Virus record (IMG/VR): IMGVR_UViG_2907847951_000001
Span: 2,430-66,429 of that record
DNA length: 64,000 bases
Strand: one strand, 5' to 3'
Source of the DNA: a virus
Below are positions 26,837-36,268 of this stretch, one piece after another. Made by a program: the position numbers and the translations under genes. Below the pieces are notes generated by a model. It saw nothing but the letters and a program-made list of their open reading frames with translations, did not search any database and had not been told where the DNA came from. Position 1 is the first letter of the stretch; every line of letters starts with the position of its first letter.

Positions 26837-27526
26837 ATGAAGAAACTCATTAAGCAAGTCAATGGCGTTCCTGTTGTGAGCACCGAAGTTATTGCTATCG
26901 AATTTGGCCGCCGACACGACAACGTGTTGCAAAGCATCCGATCTCTCATTGCCTCTGGTCATTTAGGAGCCCTTGATTTCAAGGACTCCTCCTACATCAG
27001 CAAGCAGAACAAAGAAATCGCCTGCTATGAGCTAACCGAACGCGGATTCCTGATCGCGATGCCATTCATCGGTGGCGATAAAGCAAAAGATGGTCAGGTA
27101 AGACTGGTAGATAGCTTTATTCAGTATCGCGAGTTGGCCAATAAAGAGGCTGCCATACGCGCTGAAAGGGAAGTGGCCAGGCTTGAATATCGGCCAATGA
27201 CTGATGCGATAAAGCGCCTGAAAGAATCAGAAGGTAAAGCGCCAGAGCATTACCACTTCAGTAACGAAGCCGACATGATTAATCGGATCGTGTTGGGCAT
27301 GCCATCTTCCAGGTTCCGTAAAGAAAACGAAATCGGCAAAGATGAGGCGATTCGTGATTACCTTACAGCCGAACAGATTCGCGCCATTACTGAATTGCAA
27401 CGTGCTGACACAGTATTCATCACCATGGGTTGGACATTCGACCAACGCAAAGAAGCGCTGAAAGGTCTGTTTGACCGCAATCACCGCTTACCGCTCATTG
27501 AAGAGCAACATCGACTGGCGGCGTAA
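26837..27526 (+). CDS. Rha family regulatory protein
   Basis: S..IA..FGRRHDNVLQSI, SSY...QNK...CYELTERGF motifs. Confidence 0.88.
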   Translation: MKKLIKQVNGVPVVSTEVIAIEFGRRHDNVLQSIRSLIASGHLGALDFKDSSYISKQNKEIACYELTERGFLIAMPFIGGDKAKDGQVRLVDSFIQYRELANKEAAIRAEREVARLEYRPMTDAIKRLKESEGKAPEHYHFSNEADMINRIVLGMPSSRFRKENEIGKDEAIRDYLTAEQIRAITELQRADTVFITMGWTFDQRKEALKGLFDRNHRLPLIEEQHRLAA

Positions 27527-27536
27527 GGATGCGTAT

Positions 27537-27893
27537 ATGAACGAAGTCACGAAAAGTCTTTATGCCGGATGGCAAGATAAGCTCGAAGCCGATCGGGTCG
27601 ACTGTATCATCTTAAGAGCGCAAAAGTTCTGTCATGGGTATTTATCAGCCAAGCAAGCATTCAAAACCTATGAGGCTGAATATTCCAGCAACGGCATCGT
27701 CCGCCTTCATGTCGATAAGTATCAGTTGTATGGCATATCTGAGCTTAAAACATTCAAGCAAACAGGTTGGCATTCTTACACCCATTACCTTGAGGTGATT
27801 GGCATGTATATCGGCTCAGCCATTGGGGACAAGTCTTACCTGTCCATGAATGTCAGCAGAATGGCTGGCGCCTCTTCTTCACTCAACACATAA
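27537..27893 (+). CDS. Hypothetical protein
   Basis: AAGGA RBS before MNEVTK. Confidence 0.55.
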   Translation: MNEVTKSLYAGWQDKLEADRVDCIILRAQKFCHGYLSAKQAFKTYEAEYSSNGIVRLHVDKYQLYGISELKTFKQTGWHSYTHYLEVIGMYIGSAIGDKSYLSMNVSRMAGASSSLNT

Positions 27894-27910
27894 GGCAGCC
27901 TGAGGCAAAC

Positions 27911-28123
27911 ATGACTCCAGAACAATTCGCTTACTGGCTACAAGGCTACGCCGAAATCTCTGGCAAGCAGCCTACAGAATCTGAGTGGCAGGTCATAAAA
28001 GACCACCTCCAGACGGTGTTTAATAAGGTAACGCCCGATCGACTTGGTGGGCCAGCCAGAACCCCTATTGGGCTGAGTGATTATTTAAAATCTTGGCCGC
28101 ACGACATTGGTGTCACCTGTTGA
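27911..28123 (+). CDS. Conserved small phage protein
   Basis: MTPEQFAYWLQG...W..IKDHL..VF.KVTP pattern. Confidence 0.7.
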   Translation: MTPEQFAYWLQGYAEISGKQPTESEWQVIKDHLQTVFNKVTPDRLGGPARTPIGLSDYLKSWPHDIGVTC

Positions 28124-28154
28124 GGTGGACAAGCAAAAGCTTGAGAGGTAACCC

Positions 28155-28400
28155 ATGAATAAATGCAAAACCGGACAAGTGGAGTGCCCTATTTGCGGGG
28201 TAGGTGAGCTTATGATGGGAACAACAAATAGTTTCGTAGAATATAAGGGCGCGAAGCACTGTATACCCCTTCACTTTTGCGTATGTAGCTATTGCGAAAC
28301 CGAACAAGCCACCGAACAGCAATTATTAGAAAACAAGATGGAAATGATCGCGTTAAAGGAAAGATACGCGGAGCATCTCGATGAACACCCGGATTTATAA
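28155..28400 (+). CDS. Stand-alone MqsA/YgiT-type zinc-finger domain protein
   Basis: CPICGVGEL...EYKG...CSYC..E, like the MqsA N-domain; no HTH. Confidence 0.7.
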   Translation: MNKCKTGQVECPICGVGELMMGTTNSFVEYKGAKHCIPLHFCVCSYCETEQATEQQLLENKMEMIALKERYAEHLDEHPDL

Positions 28401-29061
28401 ATACCTCATAGCCGCTCTCGTAGCGGCTTTTTCTTTTTCTGCGGCAGCCAAATCTGATTGCCCCGGTAAATTCCTGAATGACAATCCTCCTGCCATCCAG
28501 TACGACCAGGAGATTTGCTTCACTCAGTTCTCTGTCCTCTACAGCGATAAACTTAAAGACCCTGTTATCAGCGCCCAACACCTCACAGCAGATGACGTTA
28601 AAGGCTCTCTTCAGCTTAAGCGCAAGGATGCGTTCCACTCTGAGCCAAAAGTCACCAGACAATTTGAGTCCACGCAGAGGGACTACGCAAAGTCAGGTTA
28701 CGATATGGGCCACATGACCGCAGCAGGCGACGCTGGAAATGCTCAGGAGCAGTTTGAAACATTCAGCCTGGCAAATATGACCCCACAACTTCCAGACCTC
28801 AACAGAAAGGCCTGGCGAATGATGGAAGAGTCCGTGAGAAAACAGGTTCTCGCTGAAGGTGATGCCTGGGTAGTCACTGGCATGGTTCCCGGAACAAAGA
28901 CAATCGGTAACGGCGTAAACGTCCCGAGCGTTATCTGGAAGGCTGTTAAAGCCAAATCAGGCGAGTCTGTTTATGTCGGCGACAACACGACCGGCACAGT
29001 AACAAAGCTCACCACTGAGCAGTTTAAAGCGAAGTACAACATCTCTCCTTTTGGTGATTAG
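28381..29061 (+). CDS. Secreted DNA/RNA non-specific endonuclease (NucA/EndoG family)
   Basis: Signal peptide; YDMGHM, F.LANMTPQ...LNR..W..ME motifs. Confidence 0.9.
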   Translation: MNTRIYKYLIAALVAAFSFSAAAKSDCPGKFLNDNPPAIQYDQEICFTQFSVLYSDKLKDPVISAQHLTADDVKGSLQLKRKDAFHSEPKVTRQFESTQRDYAKSGYDMGHMTAAGDAGNAQEQFETFSLANMTPQLPDLNRKAWRMMEESVRKQVLAEGDAWVVTGMVPGTKTIGNGVNVPSVIWKAVKAKSGESVYVGDNTTGTVTKLTTEQFKAKYNISPFGD

Positions 29062-29065
29062 TCAC

Positions 29066-29262
29066 CATTGCGTCGGTCTGTCGCCGTCCACTCATCTTAA
29101 CTGAGACCGTGGGCCCGCAAGGGTTTCCTCCCCCGCGAGTGGTTGAGTGGAGTCAATAACAGACAATGCCGGGTCCGCAAAGCCTTCATACGTCAGCCAT
29201 CCAGAGCTGAGGCAGACGAATCTGGAATCACCGCAATGCAGAATTTTCTTCCGAGAGAATTC
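29066..29262 (+). ncRNA. Predicted structured RNA
   Basis: Nested stems, GCAA tetraloop and possible pseudoknot in an ORF-free gap. Confidence 0.4.
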
Positions 29263-29481
29263 GACATTGTAGTGAGCAGTTAAAAACCGCCACCGAGAGA
29301 ATAAAGACCTCTCAGCAGAAAGTTCTAAAAATGAACAAACCACGCATCTACTTCAACCGTGTAACCAGAAAATGGCGCTGCTACTCAATCAGCAAAGACA
29401 TGCGATATGCATCAGCTGATGGGGAAAGCCCGGGCGAAGCATGGAAGAAGTGGAGTTGCAGCTACTAACCGAGGAATAGCA

Positions 29482-29682
29482 ATGAACAATCATTCAGTAC
29501 CATTTAACCATATCCCCGATGCACTTCAGAACATCGCAGCCCAGTGCCTTGCTGACGTAATCAGTAACAACGGCGTTTCTGGTGGCGACCAGGAGGCGGC
29601 AAAGGCTATCGGGAGAGCGTTTGTTGCTCTTTATCTTTCTGAGGTTGATGGAAAGGGCGGCGATAAAGCAATTGGGGAGTGA
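29482..29682 (+). CDS. Hypothetical protein
   Basis: GAGGA RBS, 66 aa. Confidence 0.55.
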   Translation: MNNHSVPFNHIPDALQNIAAQCLADVISNNGVSGGDQEAAKAIGRAFVALYLSEVDGKGGDKAIGE

Positions 29683-29870
29683 ATATGCCATACAGGCTCT
29701 CGTTAACCATCCACTGCAAGGCTAAGTGGTGGCTCTCCGCATATCTCTGGCTCTGGATAAAGAAAGAGCAGATTAAAGCCTGCATCACTCAGCAAGAGAT
29801 TACCGCTGAAGAGATAAACGCAATGGCCAACTGGATGGCAAAGAAAGGCTTTGTGCTGAAGGTTGGTTGA
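29679..29870 (+). CDS. Hypothetical protein
   Basis: Coupled small ORF before terminase. Confidence 0.5.
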   Translation: MNMPYRLSLTIHCKAKWWLSAYLWLWIKKEQIKACITQQEITAEEINAMANWMAKKGFVLKVG

Positions 29871-29891
29871 TAAGTTAATCAGGAAAACAAC

Positions 29892-30323
29892 ATGGCAGGT
29901 CTGACAATAAAGCAAGAGGCTTTCTGTCAGGCATACATCGAAACGGGTAATGCTTCTGAGGCTTATCGCACGGCGTATGCTGCTGACAAGATGAAGCCGG
30001 AAGCAATACACGTAAAAGCATCTGAGCTGCTTTCAAACGGTAAGGTATCGGTAAGGGTAAGTGAATTGCAGGGTGAAATTAAACAGCGCCATAACGTCAC
30101 TGTGGACTCCCTGATAGCGGAACTTGAAGAGGCAAGACAAAAGGCATTGAGCGCTGAAACGCCGCAATCATCCGCTGCTGTTGCCGCTACAATGGGCAAG
30201 GCGAAGCTAACCGGTCTGGATAAACAGATTGTTGAACTAACAGGTCAGGGCGGCGGCCCGGTTCGCGTGGTCACAATGTCACCTGACGATATTAAGCGGG
30301 TGATGGAAAATGACGATTGCTGA
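29892..30323 (+). CDS. terS: Terminase small subunit
   Basis: LTIKQEAFCQAYIETGNASEAYR motif. Confidence 0.92.
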   Translation: MAGLTIKQEAFCQAYIETGNASEAYRTAYAADKMKPEAIHVKASELLSNGKVSVRVSELQGEIKQRHNVTVDSLIAELEEARQKALSAETPQSSAAVAATMGKAKLTGLDKQIVELTGQGGGPVRVVTMSPDDIKRVMENDDC

Positions 30324-31806
30324 TTCCCTGATCCGCGCAAAAATGTGCGAAGCTGATCGCCTGTACTTTGCCCGATACTTCTTCAAGCAGCGAATGGGCG
30401 CAAAGATGATTGTCGCGCCTCATCACCAGGTCATTGACCGCACATTGCAGCGTGTCGTTGATGGTGAGATAAAGCGGCTGATTATTAACGTCCCGCCAGG
30501 CTATACCAAAACAGAGCTGGCGACGATTAACTTCATTGCTCATGGGCTGGCGCTTAATAACCGCTGTCGCTTCATGCACCTGTCTTACTCACACAACCTT
30601 GCACTCCTTAACTCATCGACAGCACGCGGCATCGTTAAGTCTGGTGCGTTTCAGGCTATGTGGCCTATGGCGCTGCGCGATGATGCAGACAGCAAGGCAA
30701 TGTGGTGGACGGAATACGGCGGTGGCGTATATGCCTCTTCCGCAGCCGGGCAGGTTACTGGCTTTCGTGCCGGCCATATGGAAGACGGATTTCAGGGCGC
30801 ATTGCTGATCGACGACCCTGTTAAGCCTGACGATGCCTTCTCCGAGGTTGTTAGAGATGGTATCAACAACCGATTTAACGAAACCATCAAATCACGACTG
30901 GCTGTGGAAACAACGCCGATCATCGTGATTATGCAGCGCATCCACTATCACGACCTGAGCGGTTATCTGTTGCGGGGTGGTAGCGGTGAAAAATGGTACC
31001 ACCTGAATCTTCCCGTGATTATTGATAACTCAGTCACCTATCCGGAAGAGAACACGCACGGGATCCCAATTGAACACGGGCTTCCTGATGGGTGGTTATG
31101 GCCTCGCAAGCACAACGAATCACACCGCATAGCATTAACATCGCATCGCAGAACCTTTGAGGCTCAGTACATGCAGGCGCCTCGCAGGTTCAATGCTGAA
31201 GGCGCTCTGTGGGATGAGTCGATGATTACCGCTGCGCACAACATTAAAATCCATCTTCCGAAAACGCGGACGGTCATCGCCATAGACCCGCAGGCAACAA
31301 ACAGCGAAGAAAGCGATGAAACGGGTATCGTGGCCGCCTCCTGCTATGGTGGCGGACTGGAGCGCATGTATTCCCTTGATGGTGATTACAGCGGCAAATA
31401 CACCCCCAATGGCTGGGCCAAAAAAGCGATGGATGCGTATGAAACGCATGAAGCTGATGCGATCGTAATCGAGACCAACCAGGGCGGTGACATGGCGGAA
31501 GAGACGCTTCGCAACGCCGGCTTTAAAGGTCGCATCATTCGCGTTCACGCGAGCAAGGGGAAGTTTGCCCGGGCTGAGCCAATATCAGCCTTGTATTCAC
31601 AAGGAAAGGTTGCGCACATGGGGAATCTTTATCAGGTTGAAAACCAGTTCCTTGAGTATGTGCCGGCCACTTCGAAGAAATCACCAGACAGGCTTGACGC
31701 CGCTGTGTGGGGACTGACTGAGCTTAGCCTTGGCAGTGGTGGAATCAATATGAACCCCAACCTGGTGAGACAGGCCTCTTCCCGCAATCACTTCCCACGT
31801 CGATGA
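30310..31806 (+). CDS. terL: Terminase large subunit
   Basis: NVPPGYTKT Walker A, LIDDP, IAIDP and SPDRLDA nuclease motifs. Confidence 0.95.
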   Translation: MTIADSLIRAKMCEADRLYFARYFFKQRMGAKMIVAPHHQVIDRTLQRVVDGEIKRLIINVPPGYTKTELATINFIAHGLALNNRCRFMHLSYSHNLALLNSSTARGIVKSGAFQAMWPMALRDDADSKAMWWTEYGGGVYASSAAGQVTGFRAGHMEDGFQGALLIDDPVKPDDAFSEVVRDGINNRFNETIKSRLAVETTPIIVIMQRIHYHDLSGYLLRGGSGEKWYHLNLPVIIDNSVTYPEENTHGIPIEHGLPDGWLWPRKHNESHRIALTSHRRTFEAQYMQAPRRFNAEGALWDESMITAAHNIKIHLPKTRTVIAIDPQATNSEESDETGIVAASCYGGGLERMYSLDGDYSGKYTPNGWAKKAMDAYETHEADAIVIETNQGGDMAEETLRNAGFKGRIIRVHASKGKFARAEPISALYSQGKVAHMGNLYQVENQFLEYVPATSKKSPDRLDAAVWGLTELSLGSGGINMNPNLVRQASSRNHFPRR

Positions 31807-31813
31807 GAAACAT

Positions 31814-33352
31814 ATGGCAAATTATAATAAACGCCGTCAACGTCGGCAGGGTGGCGCGCGCAAGCCGTTAACCATATCCGCGGCTATCCGAGAAAAAATC
31901 GAGAGTGGGGAGCTTATCCCGACGTTCGACCAGATTAAGTTGATGTACGGCCCGGCAAAGACGCTGGGAGCACCAAAAAGTGCTCAGATGGCAATGGACC
32001 ATCAGCTTGAGGTGTCCGGTGCTTATACGCTCTTACAGCACGCTTTCGACATGGGGCAGTTTCCAAACCTCGGCCCGAGCTTCATGGGGTATGCCGCGCT
32101 TTCATCCCTGACGCAGAACGGGTTAATTCGCGCCTGTGTCGAGACAGTCGCAGATGACATGACGCGAGAGTGGATCGAGATTACAGCCACGGACTCAAAT
32201 GGCGATGGCGACGATTCTGACGAAAAATCAGCCCTCGAAGAGGCGATGATTGACTTTCGCCTACAGGCCTTATGTCACAAGGCTGCCGAGTTTGACGGTT
32301 ACTTCGGTGGCTGCCTTATCTTTATTGATACCGGGGCATCAGATAGCCAGCTCTTAACTCCGCTCGATATCAGTGACAAGTCAGCTGAGCTGAAGAACTT
32401 CAAGCGCTTTACGATTATCGAGCCGATCAACGTCTTCCCTGGCAACTATGAATCACTCGACCCACTGAGCCCTCGGTACTATGTGCCCGACACATGGTGG
32501 GTGCTGGGTAAACAGGTTCACAAGAGCCGGCTGATTCGCGTCTGTGGTAACGAAGTCCCGGTCATCCTCAAGCCAACCTACAATTTTCTCGGCATCCCCC
32601 GCGCACAGATTCTCTATGACTATGTGCTGCACTTTCAGGATGCGAGAATGGCTGAAGCAAGGTTACTGGAGAAGTTCTCCCTGAAGGTCTTCAAGACCAA
32701 CATGCAGGACATCCTGACCAACCCCAACGCTACCAGCGGCATCGATGCACGAATTAACTACCTCACGGCCTACATGAGCAATGATGGTGTATTTGCGCTC
32801 GACAAAGAGATGGAAGACTTCATCAACGTCTCCGTCCCGCTGAATGGCGTTACCGATATCGTCCGGCAGCAACTGGAGTTCATCGTTGCAATCAACCGCA
32901 CTCCCGCCGTGAAGCTTATGGGCATTTCACCCCAGGGTTTCAATACCGGCGACGCGGATATCAAAAACTACAACGACCACATCAACTCGCAGCAGGAGAA
33001 AGTGCTCCGCGAACCGCTGCAGAAGATGCTGGACATCATCCAGATTGTGAAACTTGGCACTTATGACGAATCGGTGTCCTTCAAGTTCACCTCCCTGAAC
33101 GAAGACGATGAGAAGTCGATTGCCGAGACGCAGTTAATCAAGGCGCAGACCCGCCAGATTTACAAAGAAAGCGGCGACGTGGATTCGTTTGAGGTGCGGA
33201 AAGCTCTCTCCGATGACCCGCACAGCGGCTTTTACGGCATAGACGCAGAACAGGTTCCGGAAGGCGGCGATGACGAAGAAGAAACAGAAAACGGCATCTT
33301 CAACCCGACCGAACGCGGGACTGGAAGTGGAGTACAGGAAGAAGCTGCTTAG
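31814..33352 (+). CDS. Portal protein (DUF1073 type)
   Basis: Position after terL; VHKSRL and P..KLMGISP.G motifs. Confidence 0.85.
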   Translation: MANYNKRRQRRQGGARKPLTISAAIREKIESGELIPTFDQIKLMYGPAKTLGAPKSAQMAMDHQLEVSGAYTLLQHAFDMGQFPNLGPSFMGYAALSSLTQNGLIRACVETVADDMTREWIEITATDSNGDGDDSDEKSALEEAMIDFRLQALCHKAAEFDGYFGGCLIFIDTGASDSQLLTPLDISDKSAELKNFKRFTIIEPINVFPGNYESLDPLSPRYYVPDTWWVLGKQVHKSRLIRVCGNEVPVILKPTYNFLGIPRAQILYDYVLHFQDARMAEARLLEKFSLKVFKTNMQDILTNPNATSGIDARINYLTAYMSNDGVFALDKEMEDFINVSVPLNGVTDIVRQQLEFIVAINRTPAVKLMGISPQGFNTGDADIKNYNDHINSQQEKVLREPLQKMLDIIQIVKLGTYDESVSFKFTSLNEDDEKSIAETQLIKAQTRQIYKESGDVDSFEVRKALSDDPHSGFYGIDAEQVPEGGDDEEETENGIFNPTERGTGSGVQEEAA

Positions 33353-34067
33353 CCTTATCGACGAAATGTCTCGCTCTGTAGACTGGTGGTTAAGCGCCGA
33401 ATATCGCCGCAATGAAAGCGAAATTGTTGGCGATGCTTCACCGGCCAAAGAAGTCGGATCGAAGCTGATAAGCATCATGGCTACCTGGCGAGAGACTTTC
33501 GATAAAAAGGCGAAGGATATAGCCCTATGGTTTGTCCGCCGCTCCAATGCCTGGGCATCCACATCTGTAAAGAACAAGTTCAAGGCGCAGGACATGACCG
33601 TTAACTTCCGGGTTACTCCGGAGGTGCAAAATGTCCTCGACAGCCTCTACGAGACACAGGTTAGCCTCATTAAGTCCATTCCTGAGCAATACCTCACGCA
33701 AGTGCAGACTATGGTTCAGGAAAGCATTGTGCGCGGGCGTGATGTTGGTTACCTGAAGGATGAGCTTAAAAAGCGATACGGAATCACTGAGCGCAGGGCA
33801 AAGGTTATCGCCCGCGACCAGAACGCCAAGGCGACAAACTCAATCGCTCTTGAGCGCTGCAGGCAAGCCGGTATTACCCAGGGGATATGGGTCCACCGTG
33901 CGGGCGGGAGTAAAACCTTTCGTCACGCTCACGTGAAAATGAATGGCACCGAGTTTGAGCTTGCAAAAGGTTGCTGGGATGACCACGAAAAGCAATTCGT
34001 GCAACCCGGCCAGTTAATAAACTGCCGGTGCGAGTACAGGCCGGTGATTCCAACGCCCGGTGAGTAA
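33270..34067 (+). CDS. Minor head protein, MuF/SPP1 gp7 family
   Basis: RAKVIARDQ...R..H..MNG..F...PGQLINCRC motifs. Confidence 0.9.
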   Translation: MTKKKQKTASSTRPNAGLEVEYRKKLLSLIDEMSRSVDWWLSAEYRRNESEIVGDASPAKEVGSKLISIMATWRETFDKKAKDIALWFVRRSNAWASTSVKNKFKAQDMTVNFRVTPEVQNVLDSLYETQVSLIKSIPEQYLTQVQTMVQESIVRGRDVGYLKDELKKRYGITERRAKVIARDQNAKATNSIALERCRQAGITQGIWVHRAGGSKTFRHAHVKMNGTEFELAKGCWDDHEKQFVQPGQLINCRCEYRPVIPTPGE

Positions 34068-34163
34068 CATGTCCCACGAAATCCTCAGCTCGGCCGCCAC
34101 GATGTTTATCGCCGGTGGCGCAATCCTCGCTGTAACCCTCATTGTCGCTCTCAAGAGGAAGAA

Positions 34164-34415
34164 ATGATGCTCGCCACCAAAATCATCGAACAGGCAGCCA
34201 CAAATGAAGAGTCCGCTCTTTATCTGGCTGCCATGCTAAACATCAGCATCGACTTCGATGAGGATGAAGGCGTAATCAGTGTGGTGTGGTCATCTCCTGA
34301 TGGCATGCTGCAGACGGCATCGGTTGATCATGATTTCGAGAAAGAGGACATGGCGGCGAAAATGCCACTTGTCAGGGCGCTGATTACCACGGCAGCATCA
34401 TATATAATCCAGTAA
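34164..34415 (+). CDS. Hypothetical protein (moron)
   Basis: 83 aa ORF with GAGG RBS. Confidence 0.55.
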   Translation: MMLATKIIEQAATNEESALYLAAMLNISIDFDEDEGVISVVWSSPDGMLQTASVDHDFEKEDMAAKMPLVRALITTAASYIIQ

Positions 34416-34504
34416 GCATATCTGGATAGGGTAGCTCCCGAAAAGCGGCATCGCCACCGCCTTCCAGATATATATTGGCGCAAACGCTCTGGCGAGGTGT
34501 TCAA

Positions 34505-34723
34505 TTGAGTATCAAGTTTAATGAGGTGGTTAGTGTTGGTGACAAGGTTATCTACTACCCGTGCAAATGCCCATTGTGCAGAATCGTGGCAAGATGGAAG
34601 CCTGTTTTAACCATGTCCCCCGCGTGGCGTACCAGTGATGGGGTTGTTATGGTTAAAATAAATAAAGCTCCTTACATAGTAAACGTCCGTCAAGTAGAAG
34701 TTTTGAATACACCCAAGCGTTAA
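34505..34723 (+). CDS. Small hypothetical protein (moron)
   Basis: TTG start after GAGG; followed by a terminator. Confidence 0.5.
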   Translation: MSIKFNEVVSVGDKVIYYPCKCPLCRIVARWKPVLTMSPAWRTSDGVVMVKINKAPYIVNVRQVEVLNTPKR

Positions 34724-34742
34724 AAACACCAAATTACATAAC

Positions 34743-34768
34743 AGGCTGCCATCCGGCGGCCTTTTTTA
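34743..34768 (+). terminator. Intrinsic terminator
   Basis: GGCTGCC-ATCC-GGCGGCC TTTTT. Confidence 0.7.
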
Positions 34769-34789
34769 TTGCCAGAGGCAAGGTAACAG

Positions 34790-36256
34790 ATGCCAGTACA
34801 AAAAGTTAAAGGCGGCTGGCGCTGGGGTAATCACGGTAAAGTCTACCCCACAAAAGAAGAAGCCGAAGAGCAGGAAAGAGCAGCATACGCCAATGGATAT
34901 ACCGGCGACAGAGCGCTCGCTTTTGATGAAGGCTCCCGACGCAGGATTGACGAAAACGGATACCTTCACGTCACACAGACCCACCTTACCAAAGAGCAGG
35001 TAGCCCCATACTACGGGCGCGAGATTCCGGGATGGGAAGCGCTAGAGCTTGACCCCGATCGCGTTTACTACGGATACCGCTCCGGCGAAGAGCTTGAGAA
35101 AGCCAAAGACACATTTAACGGAATGCCCCTGCTGATTATCCATAAGCAGGACTCGGCTCATTCGCCACTCAAAGAGGAGCGGGTTGGCTCGATTGGCACA
35201 ACTCCAGTCTGGTCTCCGCCTTACCTCGACAACGCACTATCAGTAACTGACCAGTCCGCCATCGACGCAATCAACGATGAGAGCCTGAAAGAAATCAGTT
35301 GCGGATACTTCTTCGAGCCTGACTTCACGCCCGGGGAATTCAACGGTATTCCGTATGACTTTGTTATGCGAAATCTCCGTGGCAACCACGTTGCTTTAGT
35401 GAAAGAGGGGCGAGCCGGCCCCGAAGTTTCTGTCCATGACGGTATGCCGTCACAACTCAAAAAGGTGCAATCAATGCAACTTACCAAAAAACAGGCGCTT
35501 GTAATGGGCAATCTGGCCGCATACCTCAAGCCCCGCCTTGCACAGGATGCCGCACCGGCAGACCTGGCAAAACTGGTTACGTCTTACAAAAAGCCAGGGA
35601 ATCTCGTTAAAGCCGTTGTGCGCCAGTATGGCAACCAACTGGCACAGGATATGGACATCGAGCCAGAAGAACTGGCTGAGCTGATGGAAGCTGCTGAAGC
35701 CGTTCCGGAAAGCGTCGTTGATAACGAAGCAGACCCGATGGGCCAAGAAGATGACACCATCTTCGACGAAGAGAACCCTCTGGAAAGCATCAAGGCCATT
35801 CTCGGCGGCAAAGTTCCGGATGACATCCTGGAGAAAGTAGCCGCTGTATTCGCTCGTCCTACTGGTGATGAAGACCCGGAAGACAAGAAAGAAGAGAAGG
35901 CAGAAGAAAAAGAAGAGAAAAAAGAGGCCGCAATGGACGCCAACACCATCAAACATCAGGCCCGCGTTGAGGCTCAGGCCCACTTCCGCAGCCTGAGTGA
36001 GGCTGGGCGCGCCGTGCGTGAACTGGTCGGCGAGCTGGATGTTATGGCGTTTGATAGCGCAGAGGACATCTACGGCCACGCGCTGAAACAGAAAGGCGTG
36101 AACATCAAAAACTACGACAAGGCCGCATACAAAGGCATGGTGGACATCTTGGCGGCTAACAAGCCAGCCACGAATCCGGCGCCCGCTTTTGATAGCGCGT
36201 CTGCTACATCTTTCGACGGTCAGTTTGCTGGCCTCAAAAACATCAAAATCCGATAA
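34790..36256 (+). CDS. Head maturation protease/scaffold (DUF2213)
   Basis: EISCGY and NHVALV..GRAG motifs; acidic scaffold-like C-terminal half. Confidence 0.88.
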   Translation: MPVQKVKGGWRWGNHGKVYPTKEEAEEQERAAYANGYTGDRALAFDEGSRRRIDENGYLHVTQTHLTKEQVAPYYGREIPGWEALELDPDRVYYGYRSGEELEKAKDTFNGMPLLIIHKQDSAHSPLKEERVGSIGTTPVWSPPYLDNALSVTDQSAIDAINDESLKEISCGYFFEPDFTPGEFNGIPYDFVMRNLRGNHVALVKEGRAGPEVSVHDGMPSQLKKVQSMQLTKKQALVMGNLAAYLKPRLAQDAAPADLAKLVTSYKKPGNLVKAVVRQYGNQLAQDMDIEPEELAELMEAAEAVPESVVDNEADPMGQEDDTIFDEENPLESIKAILGGKVPDDILEKVAAVFARPTGDEDPEDKKEEKAEEKEEKKEAAMDANTIKHQARVEAQAHFRSLSEAGRAVRELVGELDVMAFDSAEDIYGHALKQKGVNIKNYDKAAYKGMVDILAANKPATNPAPAFDSASATSFDGQFAGLKNIKIR

Positions 36257-36268
36257 GAGGCTCTGACA

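Noticed and set aside
29165-29186. Twister-ribozyme-like AATGCCGGGTCCGCAAAGCC
   Set aside because: Superficial similarity only; the required pseudoknot partners could not be located by eye
31814-33352. Possible anti-CBASS Acb1 label often given to DUF1073 proteins
   Set aside because: Size, position after terL and motifs indicate the portal; no separate phosphodiesterase domain is visible
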